Below are positions 8,479 to 19,309 of a DNA stretch of 64,000 nt, piece after piece (the stretch's first letter is position 1; every line of letters starts with the position of its first letter). The position numbers and the translations under genes were made by a program. Under the pieces are notes generated by a model. That model had not been told where the DNA came from. It worked only from the letters and a program-made list of their open reading frames with translations, and did not search any database. This DNA comes from a virus. The stretch covers positions 1 to 64,000 of the IMG/VR virus record IMGVR_UViG_3300030329_005082; one strand, 5' to 3'.

Positions 8479-8751
8479 TCACCTCACATCATATACATAC
8501 TTACAAATATCTAAACCTTCTTTAATATTTCGTGATGCCCTCGGGTCATCATCAAACCGACCGTCCAAGAAAGCCAGCGCAATACAAACTCTTTCAAATC
8601 TTTTGAGTATCACGTCACGTTTGTGCAGCCGTTCACAGCATTGTTGGGGATCTGAAATCTTAGGTGCGGTGGCGCAGCCCCCGCTAAACAAAGCCATGGC
8701 TAAAAGGCACGCAACAAAGAAAAAAACCAACTCAGTGGCTGTTATTTTCAT
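8479..8751 (-). CDS. Putative lipoprotein, Cys-rich (paralog of 3064..3447)
   Basis: Signal ...LAMALFSGG-C; CCERL...FERVC...ICKYVY. Confidence 0.6.
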   Translation of the reverse strand: MKITATELVFFFVACLLAMALFSGGCATAPKISDPQQCCERLHKRDVILKRFERVCIALAFLDGRFDDDPRASRNIKEGLDICKYVYDVR

Positions 8752-8939
8752 CTCTTCCTCTTTATTGGAATCACTGAGTCAACATATGACCAAGTGCGAA
8801 TGTGTGCCGTACCCGGTTCACCCCATGAGATGAGGATCCCTTTGCCGTCTGGTGTTATTTCAATCACTTCACCAACCCAACTAGGGTCCAGCCGGCTTTG
8901 AACTATATTTCCAACTGCAATATTATTAATTCTCATCAA
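8748..8939 (-). CDS. Small KOW/SH3-like protein
   Basis: IAVGNIVQSR...WVGEVIEI...ILISW. Confidence 0.55.
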   Translation of the reverse strand: MMRINNIAVGNIVQSRLDPSWVGEVIEITPDGKGILISWGEPGTAHIRTWSYVDSVIPIKRKR

Positions 8940-9129
8940 CTATAAATAGATTATGATTCTTCCAACCTCTTTGACTAACTTCCACTAATCTTCCGGGGGC
9001 GTAATAAATTCTATCATCACACATTATTTCAGCAACCTTCAGAACTTTATCGTAACGCAACAAGAGACCTACCTTTATTTGGCGGTCATAATCATGTTCG
9101 GTAAAACGTACTAGATCACCTACTCTCAT
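8926..9129 (-). CDS. Small KOW/SH3-like protein
   Basis: MRVGDLVRF...VGLLLRY. Confidence 0.55.
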   Translation of the reverse strand: MRVGDLVRFTEHDYDRQIKVGLLLRYDKVLKVAEIMCDDRIYYAPGRLVEVSQRGWKNHNLFIVDEN

Positions 9130-9442
9130 CTCCAGGGCTCTCCGCAAGGCTAAAGTATTTGTCAGCAGTAACTGATTTGCAGAACCAATTAACCTCACCG
9201 ATCAATACTTGATAGCCCAACGGCTGCTCAAGACGGTTTCTATAGACTTTGACGACCAAACCAAGTTTTCCTTCAAAGTCTATGAACTTTTCTGCCAAGC
9301 CTTTTGCAGTGTAAATTTCAAAATCTTTTACAGGAAACTCTCTTAGAACCTTTGGAGTGACATCCGGGTTTCCACACAGTGTCCACTTGTCTTCAAAGTG
9401 TACGAACCGGATCAGATCACCCTGTCTATAAATAGTTTCCAT
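9116..9442 (-). CDS. KOW/SH3-like hypothetical protein
   Basis: YRQGDLIRFV...LGLVVKVY. Confidence 0.55.
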   Translation of the reverse strand: METIYRQGDLIRFVHFEDKWTLCGNPDVTPKVLREFPVKDFEIYTAKGLAEKFIDFEGKLGLVVKVYRNRLEQPLGYQVLIGEVNWFCKSVTADKYFSLAESPGDESR

Positions 9443-9716
9443 CGCCAGGATTTATCTTTGAAAGATAGCTATCAACCACATTTTGTAGCCCCTTTAGTTG
9501 GCTGCTCATTTCTGATGCCAAAGCAGAAGTTTCAGTCAGGACTTCTGTATCCAGAGCATCTTCTACAGCCAAGTGGTAGCCGAAGTCCACCAACTCTTCA
9601 ACCATCATACGAGTTTGGTGGGGAAGCTCATAAAACCTTGAAGGCAACTCCAAGGACTCCTTGATGGTACTTGACAAGGCTTCTTCATAAATTCTTTGGT
9701 AATTGATCTTGGTCAT
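9426..9716 (-). CDS. Hypothetical protein
   Basis: 96-aa ORF in array. Confidence 0.6.
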   Translation of the reverse strand: MTKINYQRIYEEALSSTIKESLELPSRFYELPHQTRMMVEELVDFGYHLAVEDALDTEVLTETSALASEMSSQLKGLQNVVDSYLSKINPGDGNYL

Positions 9717-9736
9717 CTTAGACCCTTTCGTGTTGT

Positions 9737-10078
9737 TTATTTATTATAAAGGACTGCGTGTCCTTCGTTTAGTAGTAAGTCGTTTAAATTTTTGCTCATG
9801 GCTCCATTGAGAACAAAGATCTCTGCCAGGTATCTCCCAAACTTTCCCTGCTTATCTTTTTCAGTTTTTATTAATATTTTTTCCCCAACCGGAATGAGTT
9901 CCGCGACTCTAGCCTTTGCCAGCTTTCCTTTTTCTTTGTGCTCTCCCCGAACTTCCCAGGCGTTAATCCGCGAGAACCGTAGGCGCTCTTTGCGGTGGAC
10001 TCCCATGCCTAAGTCAACCAATACGTCAATCGTATCTCCATCAACAATCTTTAGTACAGTAGCATGATATTCAAACAT
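9737..10078 (-). CDS. Staphylococcal nuclease (thermonuclease)-like protein
   Basis: KIVDGDTIDV, RLRFSRINAWE, DKQGKFGRYLAEI. Confidence 0.88.
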   Translation of the reverse strand: MFEYHATVLKIVDGDTIDVLVDLGMGVHRKERLRFSRINAWEVRGEHKEKGKLAKARVAELIPVGEKILIKTEKDKQGKFGRYLAEIFVLNGAMSKNLNDLLLNEGHAVLYNK

Positions 10079-10385
10079 TTAGATTCTCCTCTAGGTGGGG
10101 TAATATTTCTGCCGGCGATACCCACCATGTGTGCCCACATAAAAATTGAACCCGCAAAGTCAACGTACCGTTGAACCCTGGCGGCTCCGAATGAAGTCCG
10201 GCTTCCATAACTAGTCCAATAGTTCCGCGAGGTACAACAAGAGGCTCGTTGGGTTCGGGTGCAGTACTCTCGCCAGCCATATATATATCCTTTGCTGCCA
10301 GCACTAAATTACCGGGAGCATATAATATTCGCTCTTCAGCTTTTGTCGGCATCTTCTGGTCCAAAGTGACGGACCTTTTGAGCAT
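10071..10385 (-). CDS. KOW/SH3-like hypothetical protein
   Basis: YAPGNLVLA...GTIGLVME...LRVQF. Confidence 0.5.
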   Translation of the reverse strand: MLKRSVTLDQKMPTKAEERILYAPGNLVLAAKDIYMAGESTAPEPNEPLVVPRGTIGLVMEAGLHSEPPGFNGTLTLRVQFLCGHTWWVSPAEILPHLEENLNV

Positions 10386-10872
10386 TCCAGTTGTTGCTTG
10401 GTGGCCTGTCCGAAAACCTGATCTTTTCTCTGTTGGAAATCAAGCTGCTCAGAACCTCTGGCGACATGTCACAGTGTGCGTGCAACCCATCAACTACACA
10501 AATCAGACGAAGAGCGTAGGCAATCCACTCAGAACAGTACCAGCGTTTTTCATGCTTGATGTGATATGGTAAGAGTTGCGAAGCGATCATGCCAGTCCAG
10601 TCGTACTTCTGACCTCTGGTCTGTTCGTAAAAATTCTCAATCTTGACAAGTTGCATGGGGTTCACAGGAATGCACACAAAATCCCAATCATCCTCGTCCT
10701 TCATTTTGAACGGTTCCCTGGTGATGCCGGCTCTATTGAAAGGAGTGATTGTTATGGAAGTGTCGTCAGGTAAGAGTAGTTCTGCGTGCGAATAGATACT
10801 TTTGGTCCATCGTCGCACAATAGCGTTGTGCCACTCTCCCTTTCCTTTGAACAGCGCGATGCATATGTTCAC
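10336..10872 (-). CDS. Permuted papain-like amidase (permuted NlpC/P60, YiiX/YebB-like)
   Basis: N-terminal YSHAEL (His) and C-terminal RWYCSEWIAYAL (Cys), His-before-Cys order. Confidence 0.8.
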   Translation of the reverse strand: MNICIALFKGKGEWHNAIVRRWTKSIYSHAELLLPDDTSITITPFNRAGITREPFKMKDEDDWDFVCIPVNPMQLVKIENFYEQTRGQKYDWTGMIASQLLPYHIKHEKRWYCSEWIAYALRLICVVDGLHAHCDMSPEVLSSLISNREKIRFSDRPPSNNWNAQKVRHFGPEDADKS

Positions 10873-11050
10873 TTGATTACCCCATAGTAATATAACTATT
10901 GTTCGTTTTTGGTAATCTTCTTATTTTGTTTGTGTGCGTACTCTATAATTTGGGAAAAAATTTCGCGACGAACTCCGCCCTCAAAATGGAACTTGTCCAA
11001 TATACGCTGAATCTCTTCCTCAAACTTTTCTTGATTGAATTCTTCTTTAC

Positions 11051-11266
11051 TCATTGCGCTAAAAAATACCCTGTTAGAAATCCTGCCAAATAAAAAAGAG
11101 GATGCAGCATGATGTGCAACTTCATCCGATCATGGTAATATGCCATGGCGAACATAAACCTAGCAGCAAGATCGGCGGCGGTCCCCTCGTCCATGTGATC
11201 GCCGCCAAAGCGGTGAGCCCACTCCTCTAGGTTGGCGTCCTTATTGTCTTTATCTTGATCTTCCAT
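11051..11266 (-). CDS. Hypothetical protein with C-terminal hydrophobic helix
   Basis: HPLFYLAGFLTGYFLAQ. Confidence 0.55.
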   Translation of the reverse strand: MEDQDKDNKDANLEEWAHRFGGDHMDEGTAADLAARFMFAMAYYHDRMKLHIMLHPLFYLAGFLTGYFLAQ

Positions 11267-11269
11267 TTT

Positions 11270-11638
11270 CTAATCTCGTAGCCACTTAGGATCTTTAACC
11301 TTGGCGGCACCTTTCTTAATCTTGAGTAGCCGAGCAACGGGAGGAATGTTCATCCACTCCAAATCGTATGAGGCTTCAAAGTCTCCAAGTTGTGTAGGGA
11401 CGCAACCCATTTTAATTAGCTTCTTATTCAAGTAGGTAAATTGCCGCTGCGTATCCCTCATCACATAGACACCAATGGTGCCGTCCCTAAAGTTGCAAAA
11501 AAATTGATCGCTGCTAAACTTCCCAATGGCACGAGCAACAGGCAAACCGTCACCGTCCTCTTTGAGCCTTAGCCTGTTATTTTTGCAAAATGTCTTAAAT
11601 GTGTTAATGTGTTTAGCCAAAACTTCTTCTTCTGTCAT
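11270..11638 (-). CDS. Hypothetical protein
   Basis: ORF in array, likely start MTEEEVL. Confidence 0.6.
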   Translation of the reverse strand: MTEEEVLAKHINTFKTFCKNNRLRLKEDGDGLPVARAIGKFSSDQFFCNFRDGTIGVYVMRDTQRQFTYLNKKLIKMGCVPTQLGDFEASYDLEWMNIPPVARLLKIKKGAAKVKDPKWLRD

Positions 11639-11651
11639 TCTATTTCCTTTC

Positions 11652-11912
11652 TCAAGAAATAACATTTCTTTTTCTGCGCTCGTTCATCGTTCGGGCGAAC
11701 CAAGCAAGGGGGCGGTTGTTTTCAACCAGTTCTCTTTCAAAATACATATTGCTATCCACAATGTTAACAAAGTAAGTTGTCCACAATTTCCAATCCAACT
11801 CACTTACCGGCTTGAATCGCTGATCAGCCAGGCGCTGGTTGGCTTCGCGAAGGTCTAGATCCTCTCGCGCACACTTCAGCAAAAGAGAACGTTTCTTCTT
11901 GGATGTTTTCAA
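11652..11912 (-). CDS. Hypothetical protein
   Basis: 86-aa ORF in array. Confidence 0.55.
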   Translation of the reverse strand: MKTSKKKRSLLLKCAREDLDLREANQRLADQRFKPVSELDWKLWTTYFVNIVDSNMYFERELVENNRPLAWFARTMNERRKRNVIS

Positions 11913-11914
11913 CT

Positions 11915-12436
11915 CTACCTCGTAAACATATCTGCGATATCTGCTGCCCAGGCGTCCGGCTTGACTTTGACTGGGTAACCCATACCTGTTACCATACCTA
12001 CTATAACATTAAGCGAGCGATTGCTTAAGGCATCTTTGTTTGGATTTACATCTGCATGAACGGTGGGAGGGGAGCCGGTAATCTTCTGTATAAGCTCTGC
12101 CCCTTCAAGTGAGACAACCACCTCATGTATTAGTTTTTGAGTAATGTTTGCAAAGTTATTTACTTTGTTCTTTTGGTATGCCACCAGTGCTCCGTTACCA
12201 TTTTCTCGGAAACAAATCGCCGTGATCATGACGGTGTGATCTATGTATGTCTTGCTGTCTGTTCCAACATGAAAGGTAAAGCGATTGTCCCGCAAGCGTT
12301 TACGGATGTGATCTTCTATATTCGCTATAGGGGCTCCAGAGAGAGATACCCAATTATTGCTTTTTAGGTGCGACAACTTGGAGTTCCTCAAGAGAATCTT
12401 TGAGCATTGCCGCTCCGATAAGCCCGAGGATAGCAA
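11915..12436 (-). CDS. RNase H-like protein, YkuK/DUF458 family
   Basis: FHVGTDS, ITAI, EVVVS, VHADVN, KPDAWAADIADM. Confidence 0.8.
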   Translation of the reverse strand: MLSSGLSERQCSKILLRNSKLSHLKSNNWVSLSGAPIANIEDHIRKRLRDNRFTFHVGTDSKTYIDHTVMITAICFRENGNGALVAYQKNKVNNFANITQKLIHEVVVSLEGAELIQKITGSPPTVHADVNPNKDALSNRSLNVIVGMVTGMGYPVKVKPDAWAADIADMFTR

Positions 12437-12481
12437 AACCTAAAGCCCCGGTTACAACATATGATACTGCGTCCTTTATCA

Positions 12482-12709
12482 TCAAAACTTCCTCCGCATA
12501 CCACCGCGAGAATAGTTCATTAGTATGGCAGCCTTCAATAAAGTTCTCAATTCTGCGGCTACCTCCTCGGGAGAAGCTTCTTCATTGTGCATGATGTCGC
12601 GCATTATATTAATTGTGTCAGCGTCAACCAACGTGGTAAACGTTAGCGCGCCGGACAAGTCCGAATAGCGCACATCACCAATCTCAATATTACCGTATTT
12701 CTTCATCAT
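12482..12709 (-). CDS. Hypothetical protein
   Basis: 75-aa ORF in array. Confidence 0.55.
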   Translation of the reverse strand: MMKKYGNIEIGDVRYSDLSGALTFTTLVDADTINIMRDIMHNEEASPEEVAAELRTLLKAAILMNYSRGGMRRKF

Positions 12710-12905
12710 CAGACATTCCTTTTATTTCTTCCATTGCATCGCCGGTTCGGGCGATAAAATAAAACATAGCGAAGACATACCCGTAACTGAACCCTGATAC
12801 TTCACCCGGACCAACAAAGTCATAGAGGGCGCAGGCACCCCAGAAAGCAATTCCAAAATAATAAAACGCTATAAACATTAATTGTTTTGTAGTGAGATTC
12901 CGCAT
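12690..12905 (-). CDS. Small two-helix membrane protein
   Basis: Two hydrophobic segments. Confidence 0.55.
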   Translation of the reverse strand: MRNLTTKQLMFIAFYYFGIAFWGACALYDFVGPGEVSGFSYGYVFAMFYFIARTGDAMEEIKGMSDDEEIR

Positions 12906-13213
12906 GTTTCCTCCAATCTTTTGAGCGAGTCTTCTGAATTCTCTGTATACCTGTTGAGAATATGTACATCTTCTGTAGATAGTTTAACATATATCTCGTC
13001 TTCACTTAAATCATTTTCAGACAGATCCTCAAGAACAAACTCCAACTGAGTAGACAAGCTCACGATTGCATAGGCATATGAGATTGCATCACGGATTGGA
13101 AACTCAGGATCAGCCTCTTCCACAAGAGCACACAGGTAATCCAAATCTGATGTCAGGCGCTCAGCAGCGTTGATTAGAGTATCTACTTTTATTCCGTAGT
13201 ACTCTTGACTCAT
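12878..13213 (-). CDS. Acidic hypothetical protein
   Basis: 111-aa ORF in array. Confidence 0.6.
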   Translation of the reverse strand: MSQEYYGIKVDTLINAAERLTSDLDYLCALVEEADPEFPIRDAISYAYAIVSLSTQLEFVLEDLSENDLSEDEIYVKLSTEDVHILNRYTENSEDSLKRLEETCGISLQNN

Positions 13214-13695
13214 CGCTTTACCCAGTTAGGGAATTTTCGCTTGAAGATCCCTCGCATTCTGTTTACCTTGTTTGCATACTGAACGATCTTTTCTTTGTTT
13301 TTTGATTTTTGCCAACGAGGTCCGCCATTGTAACACGCTGGCAAGTTGAGACCTTGGCACGCTTTATACTTTCGCATCTCTTTGAGGACGGTAGTGGCGG
13401 CGATGGTTGCATGGGCAGCACTTGACATATCTACCAAGAACCTCTGCTTACTTGTGTATCCCCACTTCTTTGCCCAGAAGCGGTAGTTGATTTGGAAGAT
13501 GCCGTAGTCACCAGTGTGTGAGACCTTGCCTGCTTTGACCCGTGACTCTACCCAAGCAAGGGCGACCATAAAGTAAGGATCTTCTCCTACGTCTAAGGAT
13601 TTGTCTATGATGACAGCAGCGTTAAGCTCTTGCTCTGTGTTGAAGTACGACGGGAAGTCGTAAGCTAGAAAAGACACTAATACAAACTCTATCAT
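13210..13695 (-). CDS. Lytic transglycosylase (SLT-like)
   Basis: ALAWVESR (catalytic Glu), GDYGIFQIN, ACYNGG, YANKV. Confidence 0.85.
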   Translation of the reverse strand: MIEFVLVSFLAYDFPSYFNTEQELNAAVIIDKSLDVGEDPYFMVALAWVESRVKAGKVSHTGDYGIFQINYRFWAKKWGYTSKQRFLVDMSSAAHATIAATTVLKEMRKYKACQGLNLPACYNGGPRWQKSKNKEKIVQYANKVNRMRGIFKRKFPNWVKR

Positions 13696-14297
13696 TATTC
13701 AAAGTCAATGTCCACATCTACCTTGATAGTGATCTTTGGCACTCTAAGGTGGTTGACAAGTCCATGTTTCTTTGCTTCCTGGGCATCCATGAACCAGTCC
13801 GCATGTTTCTTATTGAAAACCTTTTTCTTGAAGTAGTCGTCTTTTTTCCCGCAATTGCGAGCCATCATGGTGAAGATCTTTTCATCAAGGCGTTCGGCTT
13901 CTGCCACATCTGCTTTGAGTTCTTCAATCTTTCCACGACCACCGCTGCTAACATCGTGAATCATTATGGTTGCATGAGGGTCGGCAAACCGCATCCCCTG
14001 CTCACCAAAAGAAAGCAGCACTGCGCCGCAAGACATTGCCTTGCCTTCGGCAATCGTAGCCACTGGCAGTTCGGCTGCCTCAATCGCAGCAATCATTGAC
14101 ATTAGTGAATATACCTGACCACCGTAAGAATCAATAATAACAGGGATGACCTTCTGACCTGTGCTGTGGGCCGCTGCGATCTTGGCTGCGAACTCGGTAG
14201 CTGACTTCTCGTCAAACTTGTTGACACGAACGATGACAGGCATCTTCCTTAGCTCAACATCTTTAATAAGAGGGGAGACTTCCGACTTCCAGATCAT
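13695..14297 (-). CDS. clpP: ClpP-like serine protease (S14)
   Basis: IDSYGG, AMSCGA (Ser), IMIHD (His), DWFMDAQEA (Asp). Confidence 0.85.
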   Translation of the reverse strand: MIWKSEVSPLIKDVELRKMPVIVRVNKFDEKSATEFAAKIAAAHSTGQKVIPVIIDSYGGQVYSLMSMIAAIEAAELPVATIAEGKAMSCGAVLLSFGEQGMRFADPHATIMIHDVSSGGRGKIEELKADVAEAERLDEKIFTMMARNCGKKDDYFKKKVFNKKHADWFMDAQEAKKHGLVNHLRVPKITIKVDVDIDFE

Positions 14298-14305
14298 ACT
14301 ATACC

Positions 14306-14566
14306 CTACCCTTGCAACAACTGAACGTTGTTACTGTTTAAATACTTCTCTAGATCGGTAAATCCACCAATAAATTTCTCATGACCTTCTGTAATCTCTA
14401 CCACAACAGGCACGGTGTCCCAACGATAGGTCTGCTGAATCTCTGTCAGCAACCCAGGCTGGTTGTCTAAAGCGTAGCATTCAAATTCTTTCTGGTGCTC
14501 AACGAGCAGGTTGACGGCTCGGTGGCAATAAGAACAATTAGCCTTGGTGTATAATCTAAACTTCAT
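14306..14566 (-). CDS. grx: Glutaredoxin
   Basis: CSYC, TVPVV, FIGGFTDL. Confidence 0.9.
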   Translation of the reverse strand: MKFRLYTKANCSYCHRAVNLLVEHQKEFECYALDNQPGLLTEIQQTYRWDTVPVVVEITEGHEKFIGGFTDLEKYLNSNNVQLLQG

Positions 14567-15341
14567 TTACAATCTCCATTTCTACAGGATGTACTCTTTC
14601 ATAAGTAGTTTGCCCGAAGCGGACTCGGTAAAACTCTCTACCACAATAGTCACTATTTCCTTGTGATGGGGCAAGAATGATCCCATACGGATACTCTTCT
14701 TCTTTGTCATACGGCGCAGAGCGAGTGTGTGGGTCCGGATAAAAATACCCTTGCCGGGCTCGGACGAGCGTGCCTGGCTTATAGGGGCAGTCCTCCTGAA
14801 GCTTTGCGAAAAAGTCATCGCGGTCAGGAAACTCAGACTTTGCAGACCTATACATCATAGACCTTGTGTTGCTATACCCGAACACAGTCCCAAAAGCTCG
14901 GAAAGTGGACTCACGCTTCTTGAAGAAACGATTATTATTAATGAAGGTGTTGGCCGGAATACACAATGCCTCGTTCTCTAAGACAGTAAACCTTTTCTTT
15001 CCCTTGTCTACGGTAAAAGAAATCTTTCGCAGACCAGTGCTCGGATCAGCACCCTCATATCTCAAGTTCCGGCACCAAATAAAACGACCAGAACGGCGCA
15101 GAGTCTTATTGCGTGGATCCTTCAATACACCTTTCAAAAACACGAGCCTACATGACGAAGAATCTCTGGAAACTGAGTAGTTATATCGGCGAGAAGCCAG
15201 TTGCTCATAAAATGGGTTTGGCACACTGCTTGTTACCTGCCCATTGGTACGGGATTTTACCCACTCTGCATTGCAGTGATACTTGTCTAGGTCGCCCCAG
15301 GTTGGTGTAGACATCAGTCGTTCTCTTGAAGTAGCCTGCAA
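14556..15341 (-). CDS. Hypothetical protein with C-terminal KOW/SH3-like segment
   Basis: 261 aa; YKPGTLVRAR...YGIIL...FYRVRF. Confidence 0.6.
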   Translation of the reverse strand: MQATSRERLMSTPTWGDLDKYHCNAEWVKSRTNGQVTSSVPNPFYEQLASRRYNYSVSRDSSSCRLVFLKGVLKDPRNKTLRRSGRFIWCRNLRYEGADPSTGLRKISFTVDKGKKRFTVLENEALCIPANTFINNNRFFKKRESTFRAFGTVFGYSNTRSMMYRSAKSEFPDRDDFFAKLQEDCPYKPGTLVRARQGYFYPDPHTRSAPYDKEEEYPYGIILAPSQGNSDYCGREFYRVRFGQTTYERVHPVEMEIVNEV

Positions 15342-15622
15342 AACTTATCAAAGGATCCGACCACAATAATTTCCGAGGCTCGGAAGGAGTTGCCGTCTAA
15401 AACAAATGTACTGAACTTCGCACCCTTGGGAAAGTTCTTCTCAATCTTTTTGGCGGCGATCTCTGATGTAAACTCGTGAGGATGAATGGATACAATATAT
15501 TCTGTATTGACCAAGCACTCGCGAGTGTCGTAAATCTTCTCAAAGTTCATAAACTCTGATCCATCAGGTCGCTCATCAGCAGTTCTAATCTGTCGTTCAA
15601 ATACTTCTGAAACTTTAAGCAC
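15314..15622 (-). CDS. Hypothetical protein
   Basis: 102-aa ORF in array. Confidence 0.6.
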   Translation of the reverse strand: MLKVSEVFERQIRTADERPDGSEFMNFEKIYDTRECLVNTEYIVSIHPHEFTSEIAAKKIEKNFPKGAKFSTFVLDGNSFRASEIIVVGSFDKFCRLLQEND

Positions 15623-15836
15623 GGGAAATTACCTCCATCGTATCTACTGTTCTAACATACCAGTCACTACCCTTGGTGTGAACCCGGTGATAAATGTTTT
15701 CATTGTCCAAGTTGGGCTCAATGATTATGCCTGTAGTAGGCTCCAACAATTTAATCCAATTCTCTGCGGCACCATTGAACCAAGAACCCACCAGCATAAT
15801 ATCTGAGGGCAGATATACTAAATCACCCTTCTTCAT
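15615..15836 (-). CDS. Small KOW/SH3-like protein
   Basis: MKKGDLVYLP...TGIII. Confidence 0.55.
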   Translation of the reverse strand: MKKGDLVYLPSDIMLVGSWFNGAAENWIKLLEPTTGIIIEPNLDNENIYHRVHTKGSDWYVRTVDTMEVISRA

Positions 15837-16293
15837 CTTGTTCGCTGTCTTCTTCCGTAGTTTCCGTTACATTGGTCAACGGATCCATGAAAGACTCAAA
15901 ACCCTGAACTGCATTCAAGGCAGTCTGAAGGTCGCTGAAGCTTTTTAGGTCAGCAGGGGCAGCCTGCTCCATAGCCTCTGTCAACTCCAAATTCATGGCG
16001 TTAGATGCTGGCTGGGGAATCATTGTCTCAAACCTTGACTTCTCAAAGGCAACAACCATCTGCTGATACTGCTCCAGTTGCTGAGCACAGGTAGTCACCT
16101 GCTCCAACGCTCGGGACACATTCAGCAGCAGATTGTCTGCTGTGACATCCTCCAACAGACTCATGGCTGCATGAAGAGTGTTTGACTCTTGTAAAACTAG
16201 AGCAACCATCGTTTCTTCAACTCGGTTGACATCTACATCAAAACTAATTGTGGCTCGCATAAACGGACCCTCCTTTGTAAGATTATCTAACAT
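15823..16293 (-). CDS. Helical hypothetical protein
   Basis: 156-aa ORF, acidic tail. Confidence 0.6.
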   Translation of the reverse strand: MLDNLTKEGPFMRATISFDVDVNRVEETMVALVLQESNTLHAAMSLLEDVTADNLLLNVSRALEQVTTCAQQLEQYQQMVVAFEKSRFETMIPQPASNAMNLELTEAMEQAAPADLKSFSDLQTALNAVQGFESFMDPLTNVTETTEEDSEQDEEG

Positions 16294-16311
16294 AGATAAT
16301 GTTTTGTTAAG

Positions 16312-16950
16312 TTACTTTCTTCTTTTTGTTTTGGCTGCCTTTAGGCAACGGTCTTCTAGACGTACCTTCTGCCCATTTACAAGCAGGGTTGAAGAAGCGT
16401 AAAGACCTTCGGGATGGTTCTCCATCACCAGGGCGAACTGGTCACGAAAAACAACAGGGATGTTCAAACTTGCACTGGCACGAATGCGGCACAAAGAACC
16501 TGCTGGATATGCCGGGGGCTCAGTCGCAGCAACAATAGCCTTCTTGGCATACTTGTTTTTGGTCATGGCCTCAAACTGGCGCTCAGTGGGGATGAAGTCT
16601 TCCTCAAGAAGAATCTTGCTAGCAAGATCTCGGAAGTACTGAGTGGTGCGATAGTAGCGAGCAACAATGAGAGCGGTCTCACGGTGCTTTACCTTATAAG
16701 ACTGAGCCCACTGTTCACGCTTCAGCACAGAAGCTGGGGAATAGCGTTGCTCCATTTTCTCAACGCACTCAATCTGCTTGGCAGTCAAGGTGCCACTTTC
16801 CTGAAACTGGCGGTTGAGGGACTCGGCAAACTTGCGATCCTTTTCCGACAGCTTCTTGGACATCAAAGACTCAAAACGTGCTTCACCGTTCTCAACCTCG
16901 TGACGAGGGTTGCGAGCGGGGCGAGGATACATTTGGTGCCAGTAGGACAT
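16312..16950 (-). CDS. Early hypothetical protein with own promoter
   Basis: 212 aa; SD and sigma70 promoter directly upstream. Confidence 0.75.
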   Translation of the reverse strand: MSYWHQMYPRPARNPRHEVENGEARFESLMSKKLSEKDRKFAESLNRQFQESGTLTAKQIECVEKMEQRYSPASVLKREQWAQSYKVKHRETALIVARYYRTTQYFRDLASKILLEEDFIPTERQFEAMTKNKYAKKAIVAATEPPAYPAGSLCRIRASASLNIPVVFRDQFALVMENHPEGLYASSTLLVNGQKVRLEDRCLKAAKTKRRK

Positions 16951-16972
16951 TACTTTTCTCCCTTACACTAGT

Positions 16973-17000
16973 ATATTAGCATACTGTAAGTGAGAGTCAA
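16973..17000 (-). promoter_or_regulatory. sigma70-type early promoter TTGACT-N16-TAATAT
   Basis: TTGACTCTCACTTACAGTATGCTAATATACTAGTGTAAGGGAG. Confidence 0.85.
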
Positions 17001-17146
17001 GTGTTTTAATGTTTTTTATTCTCCCCAGTTTTGCCACTGCCAAGAGTTTCTAAGTATCCTCTTTTTTTCCTCTTCGCATTGTTTCAATTTGATACGATAG
17101 TAAATCGTGGGGATAGAAAATATAATCGCTCCCACGATGAAGCCAA

Positions 17147-17605
17147 TCATTTCATCATCAAGTCCATAAAGTGCTTGACCCACATACCACCAGCGGCTGT
17201 GGCGACGAGCCAGATAACTTTTGACATGCCTTCTTTCCAGCTTTTTAGTTCTGCAATCTCAAGGCGGGCATCCTCTAGTTCTTCTAGCTCTTTTTCCGCG
17301 TGCTTCTTCCAGATAATCAATTCTTTATGCTCTTCAACAATTGGCTTTGTTTCCACGATGTATTGCCAACGGCGGGAAGATTCAGTTTCTAGTTCTTTAA
17401 CTCGGCTAAAGAGACCTGAGTCTGGTTCGTACAAATTCTTTTTGACGCCTCGGATACCTTCCAGTACGGCTGACTGAGTTTCTTTGATGTGTTCCACCTC
17501 AGACATGAGCTTATCAAAGCCGCCATTGAGGGACTTGGCACTAGCAATCTTGCACTCCATACTGTCTACTTTTTTCAGCAGCTTTTCTAATATTTCTTGA
17601 CTCAT
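17147..17605 (-). CDS. Coiled-coil protein with C-terminal membrane anchor (possible lysis/holin-type accessory)
   Basis: Heptad-rich body; C-terminal KVIWLVATAAGGMWV. Confidence 0.5.
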   Translation of the reverse strand: MSQEILEKLLKKVDSMECKIASAKSLNGGFDKLMSEVEHIKETQSAVLEGIRGVKKNLYEPDSGLFSRVKELETESSRRWQYIVETKPIVEEHKELIIWKKHAEKELEELEDARLEIAELKSWKEGMSKVIWLVATAAGGMWVKHFMDLMMK

Positions 17606-17619
17606 GGTTGAGGGCCTCC

Positions 17620-17658
17620 AAAATTAAAATAAAGACCAGCAAACATACTGGTCTTTAT
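17620..17658 (-). terminator. Hairpin downstream of groEL, probable terminator
   Basis: Perfect 11-bp stem ATAAAGACCAG-N8-CTGGTCTTTAT followed by TTTAATTTT. Confidence 0.6.
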
Positions 17659-17701
17659 GTGTGAAACCGGCTATTCTATTTAGTCGCTAGACTTGTGTTT
17701 T

Positions 17702-19288
<1,587 letters not shown>

Positions 19289-19309
19289 TTATTTTCTCCC
19301 TTTTATTTG

